DNA of 64,000 bases from Acidobacteriaceae bacterium (GTDB taxonomy: Bacteria > Acidobacteriota > Terriglobia > Terriglobales > Acidobacteriaceae), in contig DATAZC010000034.1 in the NCBI GenBank assembly GCA_036272255.1, forward strand, positions 716 through 64,715, in the 5' to 3' direction. Of this stretch, positions 9,896 to 19,200 are shown one piece after another. Position numbers and translations under genes: made by a program. Below the pieces are notes generated by a model. The model searched no databases. It saw only the letters and a list, made by a program, of their open reading frames with translations, and had not been told where the DNA came from. Numbering within the stretch: the first letter of the stretch is position 1; each line of letters opens with the position of its first letter.

Positions 9896-12007
9896 ATGCG
9901 CCGTCGCGACTTCTGCCGCCTGTCCGCCGCCGGTGCTTCCGCCTGGCTGACTCACCCCTTCGAGGCTTTTTGCCTAAGCTCCAATGCGTCGCCCTGGCCC
10001 TCTTCGCTTTACGCCAACAACCGCGCGCCTCTGCTGAACTCAAAATTTGTTCGCCTGCCACTCGGCAGCATCGCGCCCGCAGGATGGCTGAATGACCAGC
10101 TACATCTTCAGGCCACTGGCCTTACCGTTCGCCTTGGAGAATTGTGGGATGTTTTGCGAGAGTCCGCGTGGAAGGGCGATGTGGAAAAACATGTCACCCC
10201 GGAATGCTGTACGGCGCGCTTCGCTCCACGCTGGCTGGAAGGCGTCACGCTGCTGGCCGGCGTGTTGCATGACGAACGAATCCGCCGCATCACCGACCCC
10301 TACATGGAGTTCATCCTGCGTGTTACGGACTTGCCTTCTGTAACGCCGAGCCTGATCGCCTGGTTTCATCTGGGCCGATTCCTCCCCGACTATTACGAGT
10401 TGACTCACGATGAGCGTGCGCTCCGGTGCGCTGGCGCTATCCTTCGCTACGCCGATCAGGTCCACACTTCGAAAGACATGGCCGTAGTGGATCCCTCGCG
10501 GCTGGGCATGCTGCTCAATATCGGCTGGTGGCATTACAACCAGACCGGAGATACCGAGACCCTTGCGATTATCGATCGCTGTGCCCGGGACTGCGTGAAG
10601 GACTGGATGACCTGGTTTGTGAACTTCCCTCGCGATCCGCAATACTTCGCCCACTTTCCCGATCGCACAGCCGAGAAGCCCGGCGAAAGGCCCGAACGCT
10701 GGTCGCGGCACGGCGTCAACGTCACCCAGGCCATACAGTATCCACTTCTCTGGTTTCTGCGCTCGCACGACCCCACGAATATAGACAGCGTCCTGCAGGG
10801 TATTTCGAACCTCGATCAGGGCTACGGCCAGGTGGGCGGCCGTTGGAACGCGGATGAATGGCTCGCCTCGACTGACCCCGTGCAGGGCACCGAACTCTGC
10901 GACGTCGAGGAATTGCTGTTTTGCCTGGAGAATGGTCTGGCCGTCACGGGGATCACAGCGTTCGCGGACCGCGTCGAGCAGCTCATCTTCAATGCGTTTC
11001 CTGGAACCTGCACGGCGGATATGTGGGCTCACCAGTACGACCAGCAGGCGAACCAGGTCCTGGTCTCGGTCGCCGATCGGCCGTGGCACCTGAATGACCG
11101 GACCTCGAATATTTACGGCTTCGCTCCCAACTTCCCGTGCTGCCTCTCGAACATGCATTCGCCCTGGCCTCGATTTGTGCGGTCGATGTGGCTCGCGACA
11201 GCCGACTCCGGCGTGGCTGCCGTTCTGTACGGGCCGTGCAGAGTCGAGGCGCGGGTCGGAGAGAACCACAGTGTCATCATCGAAGAGCAGACTGACTACC
11301 CGTTCTCCGATCAAGTGCGTTTCGTCATTCGCACGGCGGAGCCAGTCTCCTTCCCGATCCACTTTCGCATCCCCGCCTGGTCTGACAGCGTTGATTGCTT
11401 TGTGAGTGGCAAACGCTTCGAAGGGCCGATCCGGGCTGGCGACTTTCTGCGCTTGCATCGGACATGGCGAGACGGAGATGTCGTCGATCTGAAGTTTCAC
11501 TTTAAAGTTCATACCGAGAACAGGCGAAACAATGCAGCTGCGATCGCCTGGGGGCCGCTCTACTTCGCGCTGCGGATCGGAGAATCCTTCCGCAGGATTG
11601 ATCTGCCCGGAATCCCGACTCCTGCAACATGTGTCAATTGGGAGGTGACTCCTACAACGCCATGGAACGTTGCATTGGCGATTGATCGGGACCATCCTGT
11701 GTGCGAGATGGCGCGCAATCCGATTGGATCGATGCCGTTCGCCCAAAAAGGTGAGCCCGTTCGGCCGCCCGAAGCAGACGACTTCTCTCCATGGCAGGGA
11801 GACGCGCCCCTGATACTTCGGGTCAACGCCAAAGAAGTGGCGGATTGGAAGATGAACGGCGCCAATGCCGCGTCTGTCCCTGTAAGTCCTGTCCGCTCGA
11901 AACCTGCCGGCAAGGTCGTCGAACTCATTCCTTATGGATGTTCACGCCTGCGAATTTCCGAGTTTCCCGTCGCCGCGCCTGAAGACGTGGAGACCCCGGG
12001 CGACTGA
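9896..12007 (+). CDS. GH127/DUF1680-like glycoside hydrolase (beta-L-arabinofuranosidase-like) with Tat-type leader
   Basis: MRRRDFCRLSAAGASAWL is a twin-arginine-like leader. An E-x-C element (GTELCDVEE) lies 80 aa upstream of a Cys-Cys element (NFPCCLSNMH), matching the Glu/Cys3 zinc site and Cys nucleophile layout known for GH127 HypBA1. Confidence 0.6.
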   Translation: MRRRDFCRLSAAGASAWLTHPFEAFCLSSNASPWPSSLYANNRAPLLNSKFVRLPLGSIAPAGWLNDQLHLQATGLTVRLGELWDVLRESAWKGDVEKHVTPECCTARFAPRWLEGVTLLAGVLHDERIRRITDPYMEFILRVTDLPSVTPSLIAWFHLGRFLPDYYELTHDERALRCAGAILRYADQVHTSKDMAVVDPSRLGMLLNIGWWHYNQTGDTETLAIIDRCARDCVKDWMTWFVNFPRDPQYFAHFPDRTAEKPGERPERWSRHGVNVTQAIQYPLLWFLRSHDPTNIDSVLQGISNLDQGYGQVGGRWNADEWLASTDPVQGTELCDVEELLFCLENGLAVTGITAFADRVEQLIFNAFPGTCTADMWAHQYDQQANQVLVSVADRPWHLNDRTSNIYGFAPNFPCCLSNMHSPWPRFVRSMWLATADSGVAAVLYGPCRVEARVGENHSVIIEEQTDYPFSDQVRFVIRTAEPVSFPIHFRIPAWSDSVDCFVSGKRFEGPIRAGDFLRLHRTWRDGDVVDLKFHFKVHTENRRNNAAAIAWGPLYFALRIGESFRRIDLPGIPTPATCVNWEVTPTTPWNVALAIDRDHPVCEMARNPIGSMPFAQKGEPVRPPEADDFSPWQGDAPLILRVNAKEVADWKMNGANAASVPVSPVRSKPAGKVVELIPYGCSRLRISEFPVAAPEDVETPGD

Positions 12008-12169
12008 ACGCGGCCGCACTTTGATTCGCGGACAACCCTGTGGTCATCGATCACGGGATCTTGTTGGTCGGACTGGAACACAACGGGATCCAGCTTTTAC
12101 GCAACGTCCTCTTTGGAGACCATGCGAGCGAAGCGCAGGGCAATCCGCGGCAAAAAGGCTCTGGAAACT

Positions 12170-12385
12170 TTACCCCCGCAAATGACTCTCCCCGTCGGAA
12201 GGCTGGGGTCGGGCGGCGATGCAGGCAGGGATGCTCACACAGGATGAGCTCCGGCGTTTGCGCCGAAGATAAATTTCAATGCCGACGAGAAACGCAATCA
12301 CGGCCAGAGCCACTATGCAGAAGAATTCCAGGGAGCCGTCGCCGTTGTCCGGAGAGAAACCAAAAATCCGCTCGATAAAATCCAT
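12170..12385 (-). CDS. Small (71 aa) single-pass membrane protein, unknown function
   Basis: ATG at 12385 is preceded by GGGAGGG. The sequence is MDFIERIFGFSPDNGDGSLEFFCIVALAVIAFLVGIEIYLRRKRR: a short N-terminal motif, one TM helix and a basic tail. It is divergent from the giant operon. The 241-aa ORF-track version is rejected. Confidence 0.5.
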   Translation of the reverse strand: MDFIERIFGFSPDNGDGSLEFFCIVALAVIAFLVGIEIYLRRKRRSSSCVSIPACIAARPQPSDGESHLRG

Positions 12386-12454
12386 GCGCCCTCCCGTGCA
12401 TGCTGCATAATACCCGGCCCCGCTGTTTCTGGAAAAAAGATTCTCTGTTTTTTG

Positions 12455-12484
12455 TTGACTGAGGTCGCGATGCCAGTGTAGAAA
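12455..12484 (+). promoter_or_regulatory. Possible promoter for the six-gene operon
   Basis: TTGACT (12455-12460), an 18-nt spacer, then TAGAAA (12479-12484), about 110 nt upstream of the gene A start. This is a by-eye match only. Confidence 0.2.
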
Positions 12485-12592
12485 TTCAAACTCTGTTTCG
12501 TTCCAGGTTTTCGACGCTCTCCCCGCTCTCATGCTGCGGCGCCGATAGACTCCCCTCTCGCCCGAAGTTTTACAAGACGGTAGGCAGGCTCC

Positions 12593-13243
12593 ATGAGCAC
12601 ACTCGGGTTCGTTGTGCTGATCTGTCTGTTCGTTCTGGTGCTGGGCATCTGCATCGGATTGCTGCTCGCGCTGTGGTGGAGGCGCAGGCATCCATCCCCT
12701 TTGCCGCCTCCACCGCCTCCACCGCCGTGTCCGCCAACCTACAAGATTCCCGATCAGCTCGGCGAGACCGATCTCACCACGCAAATCAGCGTGCGTCTCA
12801 TGGGCACAACGGCCAACGGAGTTCCACTGGCCGCCGGCACTGCTGCACCCACCAGCGTTATCTGGGTTGACCACGGCAATGAAGTCCTTGTGCATCTGGA
12901 CTCGACCGCGGTGCGCATTCTCGATCGCATGGTGTTGGTATCGGTCGATCTGGAGACCGACCAGACCGGCCGCACTCCGTTGATTTGCAGCTTCGCAGTC
13001 AGTGGCGCCGGCGAACTCGGTGGTCTCGCGGCGACCACCGACGAATTACCGCGCGGACTTGGATCACTCGCCTCGGCATGGGGCGCTCAGTTACAAACGG
13101 CGGTCTGGTCCACCCTGATGGGACTGGTGAATGATCACGCCTCGGAACGGAGCCTGACCCCGCGTGCACTCTCGGCCAGCGCCGGAACCCTCAGCCTGAA
13201 CGCAGGAGCTGCGCTCACCACAAGCCCGGGAGGCGCGGTATGA
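12593..13243 (+). CDS. Operon gene A: N-terminally membrane-anchored protein with polyproline linker, unknown function
   Basis: TM helix LGFVVLICLFVLVLGICIGLLLALWW, then RRRH, then PSPLPPPPPPPPCPP, then a ~160-aa globular part. Its stop overlaps the gene B start (ATGA, 13240-13243). Confidence 0.75.
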   Translation: MSTLGFVVLICLFVLVLGICIGLLLALWWRRRHPSPLPPPPPPPPCPPTYKIPDQLGETDLTTQISVRLMGTTANGVPLAAGTAAPTSVIWVDHGNEVLVHLDSTAVRILDRMVLVSVDLETDQTGRTPLICSFAVSGAGELGGLAATTDELPRGLGSLASAWGAQLQTAVWSTLMGLVNDHASERSLTPRALSASAGTLSLNAGAALTTSPGGAV

Positions 13244-16200
13244 GCGACGGCCTCGGTAACGAAGTTCTCGATCTGGGCAAGGCGATCGGCCTGTTCGACG
13301 ACAGCGGTAATCTCCAGCCGCATTGGTTCGAGAATCCTCTGGGCAACATCGAAAGCATCTTCACGACGGATACACAGCGAGCCGCGTTTCTACGCGTGCT
13401 CGACGCACTGCTTGCGCCGGTCCAGTTGCCTGATCTTCCCGCGAATGAAACCTGGCATCCGTTGTTCGGAGATCAGACACGCGGCAATGCCTATCTCACC
13501 GTCAACACCACCAACGGAGTCACCTTCGGCTTTGCCGGCGAATTCCACTCCAGCGATGGTCCGCCGCCGCTCGCATCACTCACAGCCCATCTGCCTCTGA
13601 TCAGCGTAAACGGCGGCAACGTGACTGCAGTGGCTGGCACAGCGAATGGCCCGCTCGATGTCAGCCTCCGCCTGCATCTCGGATTTACTTTCCCGGCCGA
13701 CCCCATCGGTCTCGATTCGGTGATCGTCACCGCCAGCCTGACCCCGCTGGGAGGCAGTACACCGGCAACTCTAACGGTCGATCTTGAAGGGCTGCAACTG
13801 GACGCTACCGGCCCGAAGAACATCACCCTGGATCCATCGAACATGGGTTCGGAGTCGGTCCACCTGATCATCGGCTTTATTCAGGAGCAGCTCACACGTC
13901 TCGCAGCAAACTCGGGTGAAGCCGGAGCCGTGACCGCACACCTGCTGCAGTTACTCGGTTTCGGCGACACCACGATTCCGCAGTTCCCGTTCACGCAGCT
14001 TGGAAACCCATCCGCCATTAACACCTGGTTCGCCTCACTCCTGCAGGGAGGAGCGTCGGCTCCGGTCGTGCATTGGCTGGGCCATCTCGCCGGTCTGATC
14101 GGCGTGAGCACTCCGACCGTAACCGGGTCGGGCACTCCAGCCGATCCATGGGTTGCGCCGGTGTTGCCGATCGGTACTGCGGCAGGCTCGGGCCTGAACA
14201 TTACTTTCGCCACCACAACCGTCTCGTCCACAACCTCGCTGCTCATCGGCCTGCAGGCTCGCGTCATTCCCGGGGGAGCGAACCCGCCGGTGCGCATTGA
14301 AGGCAACGCGATCATTGCCTCGATCCCGATCACCGGCACCGGGTCCGCTGCGGTATTGCCATCCGCCTCCGTTACCGCGATTGCTCCCGGAGCTGTCGGT
14401 GCGGGAGCGCTGGTCAGCAATGCGACGATCTCCGTCGAGTCCGTGCGCGCCGGATTTAACTGGACTGGCTCCGCACTGCAGCCGCTGCTCGAGCTGGATA
14501 CAGTCACTCTCACCCTTCTCGGCGCCACCAACAGCTACGACAAAATCGACCTGACCAATGCCGACAGCGTCGCCAGCGATGTCTCCACGGCTATTGGAAA
14601 TACGATTCGCGGATATTTCGGCACCACGGGTCCAGGCAGCGATCTGGCGGCGTTAGCCGGTATCATTCCGCCGGGGAACGATCCAGCGTCGCCGCATACG
14701 GTGCGGCTGCCGCAGTTCCTTGCCAACCCTTCCCAGGAAATCGGAGCGGTCCATCGCGCCGTCCTCCTCGACAATGCCCATCCCTGGTCGCACATGCTGG
14801 AGGAGATCGGCGGCCTGGTCGGGATCACTACGGCGGTCACCGGATCCGGAACGCGCACCGATCCATGGGTTCTTGAACTCGCTCCGCCTTCCACTTTTCA
14901 CATCGAGATCGCCGCGTGGAACGACCAGACCAGCGGCGTGGCCACCGACCCTCAGAAACTTCGCATCGGACTGCGCGCGTCCTTCGAGCAGGCTCCCGTC
15001 GACGTGTACTGGCTGGCTGAGCTGCTCGCCATCGATCTGCCGCAGTCCGGTTCGGGAACCATCTCGCTCATGGCTGGGCAGCACGCCCACGTCGGTGTCC
15101 AGCCCATCCCCACGATTCCGTCCGTTGGCGGCCTATCGCTCAGCATCGCGGACTTCGCCGCGGACATGACGTTTACGCCGGGCACTCCGTTGGCATGGAG
15201 TGCAGGTCTTCAGAACGTCTCCCTCACTTACGCGGGAAACACCATTAACGTTCCGTCGATTGGCTTCCCGCTCACGGCGCCGTTCGATGTTACGAATCCA
15301 GCCGCTATTGCCGCCGACTTTGGACTGACGATTCCAAATCTGGAGTTGCTGCTTCGCCTCATCCTGGCGCGAGCGCTGTCTTCGTGGGGCGGCATGCCGG
15401 CGTTCACACTCGCCGGACTCCTTGGAGTGCACGGCGGTCTCGACGGACTTTCTGCCGACTGGCCCGCGCTTGCCGATCCCGGAGCTGCCGGCTCGCTCCT
15501 GAGCGATCCATTCACAGCGCTGCGCAACTGGCTTGCGTCGGTGGCCACCGGGGTTTCCGCCGACGGCCAGGCTTTTCTGCCGCAGATCCTTCCATGGCTG
15601 CGCGGGCTTCTTGCTGACGCGCTGCCGGCTGCTCCGGGCAACCCACTCGACGGCTTCAGCCTGCCCATCAGCGGCTCCGGAACCTACGATGATCCGTGGG
15701 CACTCCCACTCACGACAACCGCTTCGACCAACGTCGATGCACTTGTGTGGCTGGAGCCTGCCGGTCCGCCGCCCGCCTGGGCTACGCCGCTGATCGCAGC
15801 AGCGGCCGGAGCGGCGAATTTCTCAACCCTGTTCCAGGTTGCGCAAAGTATCGCGCCCTTCGTGCCTGCGCTGAGCAACAATCTCTTCGGCAACGATCCG
15901 GGTCTGCTCGCCGATGCGCTGAACTCGCTGTCTTCTCTTTTCACCACTGGAGACGGTGTCGTTCCGCTGGCCTCACAAGTGCCCACCAGCACCAACTGGA
16001 CTGCCGGCACTACGCTCTCGAGCGCGCATCCCGCACAACCATCGGATCCGGCTGCCATCACGCAAATTCTTACTCAGGTCGACACTCTTGCCGGAGGCGC
16101 GGGTGGAGCCCGCACCGTTTTGCTGCTCGGTCCGGCATTCAGCGACCACACCATCTGGACGACGCTGCTGGCCGATCCCAACGTCCACGGCACAACGGCC

Positions 16201-19200
16201 GCCGCCACCAACTTCAACCTGCGTGTTCCCGGCCTCGATCCCTCCGCCGTTGACCTCACCACGGTCACCGCCCAGGCGTCCTGGTACAGCGCCGATCTCG
16301 GCGACGACGGAACCGGCAACCTCACATCGCTCACCGCACAAATCGCCCGGCTCGTCGCGCGCGTGCAACAGCTCAACGGAACCGGGCCGGTCACCCTGGT
16401 TGCTCACTCAACGGCCGGTGTCGCCGCTCTCGCCTTCACTGCCGCTAATCCGACCCTGGTGCAGGGCCTCATCACACTGGGCACGCCTCATCTTGGCGCA
16501 TCGCTGCCGTTTCTTTCCGACAGCCGTGTGGGCGACGCACTGCGCGTCCTTCAGATCCTGCGCCCGCAGATTGCCGGGAGTCCACTCCGCGATGCTCTCG
16601 ATTTCCTGCTGCTGGCACTGGATGGCTATCAACCCGCTGCCGCTGGAACGTTGCCTGTCGCATCGGCATTGCCGGCTGGATCGTTCCCCGCGCCCATCAC
16701 CGCGCCGGCCAGTATCGACTCGGGCGGACGCCCCGTCCTCGCCATCGGTAGCCAACTCGGCAGCCGTCTGCTCGACGCGCTGAAGCCCGCACTGTCGGCT
16801 CTCGCGAATACTGCTGCTAATCCCACAACCGCGCCGGCCGCCCCAACGCATCTTGCTTTCGGCGCGCGCGCGCACATGAACCTTGCCACATCAGCTGCGG
16901 GCAACGTCGCCGTAGACACAACCATGCGCGGCGATCTCTTCCAGTTCCCGCTGCACAGCGGAGCCGCAGCCCCGCCTCATCCCGCCCACGGCCTCTACGT
17001 GCGTGCGAAGCTCACCAATCCGAACGGCTGGCTGGTGGGCGCGTCGAGTTCGTTTGCCGGAACGGGCCTGCCGCCCGTCGATGTGCGCGTGCGCTGGGCT
17101 GAGATTGGCGCCGATATCACCACCTCAACCGGGGGACTGAAAGTCAACCCGGTCGTGAATTTGCACCAGGTTTCGTGGCACGGTCCGGTCGTCGATTCGG
17201 CTTCGTTCACCGATGCCAACGCCCAGGCTCTGCTGGGCGCAGTGCTGCAGACCATCAGCTCGCCGCTTCCCGCGTCCACGTCGCCGGCTGGCATTCTGCT
17301 GTCCACACTCCAAGCCCTCAATGTCGCGGTGGTCGATAGCCACGGTGGCATCGGTATCTCTGCGGACGCCTTCAGCGCCATCACCGCCGACGCAGCCGGA
17401 TATCTGTCGACACAACTCTCCTCCGCTCTGAACTCCGCAACGAGCTTTGCAGGATTCACCGCAACCACTGTGGTCATCCCCAGCCGCGGCGTCACCGCAA
17501 CGCCGGAATGGACGATGCCCATCAGCGGGCTGCCGCTGGAAATCTACCTGCTGCCGAATCCGTGGACTATCGGCCTGCGCACGAAATCAACCGGCAGCGG
17601 CCCGGCCAGCTGGACGATCGCACCCGACACCACCCTCACGATCGATGCGAGCGTCGTGATCCCCGCATTCACTCCCAGCCTCGACGCGACCTTTACCCTC
17701 GGCGCATTTTCGTTAGGCTGGTCCAGCACGAACTCGCAGCTCACAGTGAGCGCGCAACCCTGGCTGGCACCGCTTACGCTCATCCCGGCGCCCAGTGCAT
17801 CTGCGCTTGAAGCGGCGCTGAGCAATGCTCTCCCGCGCCTGCTTTTCTCCGGCGCCGCCTCCGCGGTTCTGGAGGCGCTGGCCGGTCCAGGTCTCAAGGT
17901 TGGCCCCATCGACACGTTCTTTACGTCCATGTCGTCGGTGCTCACCGAAGCTACCGCGCTTGGCAACAGCGCCGGCACCGGACTCGATTCCACCAAAATT
18001 ACCAAGCTCCTGCAGTTCATCGGCAACATCGCTGGATTGCCGGCGGGGCCGGGCCTCACGTTGCCTGGCAATCTACAACTCACAGCTACAGGCGCAGGAA
18101 CAAGCGCCGATCCGGTGAAGGTGCAACTGGCCACCACCGCGACCATCGGTGGAGTTCTCGATTTGAGCGGTGGTGTGTCGTTCGACCAACTAACGCACCC
18201 CAGCCCTACCGGCTCTCTGGCTCTCACCATTCCGCCATCGCCTGCGACGCTGCCAGGACCGTGGCAACAAGTCATCGTTGCTTTCGGCGTCAGCTCGGCC
18301 GGCGTTACTTTATCCATCACACCCGTCACCACGCCCACCCCGACACCGGCGATTCAGCTATTGCCCACCTTCAGCGGACTTGGAGCGCTCGCGGCGGGCG
18401 CTGAAGCGTTGTTGCTGCAGGCGCTCAACGCGCTCGTCGCGGCGATCGGTCCGTCGACGGTAATGGACCTGACGCTGGATGTTGCAACGGCCCTGGGCAT
18501 CTACGACAACGTCAATCACTTCAGCACGCATGGCGACGAACTCAAGGCGATGCTGACCGGAAGCTGGCTCAGCGGCTTTACCGCCGCGCAGCGTGGCAGC
18601 ATCGCCACCGCCATCGCCGGCCTCTTCAGCGGCGGCTCGCCGCTGGCAGGAACTCTGCCCGGCACCGTTTCGGCGGGCGCAGGGCCCAACGCCGGAGTCG
18701 TGACCTGGTCTCTTCCGCTCACCGGCGGCGACAGCGGCACCATCAACGTTGCGCTCGGTTGGGATGCGAGCGGTCCGACGGCTACCGTGGGCCTCGCCGA
18801 CGTTAAACTCGCCGACGGTGCGCTCGGCATCACGGCCTCCGGCGGCTATGTCGCTGGTTCTGTGGCTGTCACCGCAGCGTTGGGCGTTCATCTTGAAAGC
18901 GCCATTGGCATCCCTCTCGTTCCCACTCTTTCGCTCATCGAAAGCGGTGGCAACTTCCAGCTCGAGCTCTACCCACTGGCCAGCGGATCGGGAACCACGT
19001 TCACCACCGGCCCCATCACCATCGACTTCATTCCGCCGGCGCTGCATATGGCTGCGAGCGGTCCGGTCGCGCTGATCGAACAGTTCCTGGTGCCGCTGGT
19101 CGGCAATACTCTGCTCTCCACTACGGCGATCAAGAACGCCTTCGCCACCACGCTCTGGACTGGCGGCCCCACCGTGCAGTCGGTGCTCACCGGCGCGCAG

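Noticed and set aside
8875-9897. 340-aa minus-strand ORF
   Set aside because: It is antisense to ribokinase, whose PfkB signatures are unambiguous on the plus strand.
10100-11746. 548-aa minus-strand ORF
   Set aside because: It is antisense to the GH127-like gene, has Arg/Pro-rich low-information sequence, and is a high-GC artefact.
12008-12592. Genomic-island boundary signals around the operon (also 33644-33715)
   Set aside because: I looked for a tRNA, integrase or transposase remnants, direct repeats or an abrupt change in composition. None were seen by eye. Codon style appears continuous with the flanks, so I do not call it a mobile element.
12170-12895. Full 241-aa minus-strand ORF overlapping gene A
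   Set aside because: The upstream 170 aa are Arg/Trp/Gln-rich nonsense, antisense to the polyproline and TM coding region of gene A. Only the terminal 71 aa, which have their own GGGAGGG box and a TM helix, look real.
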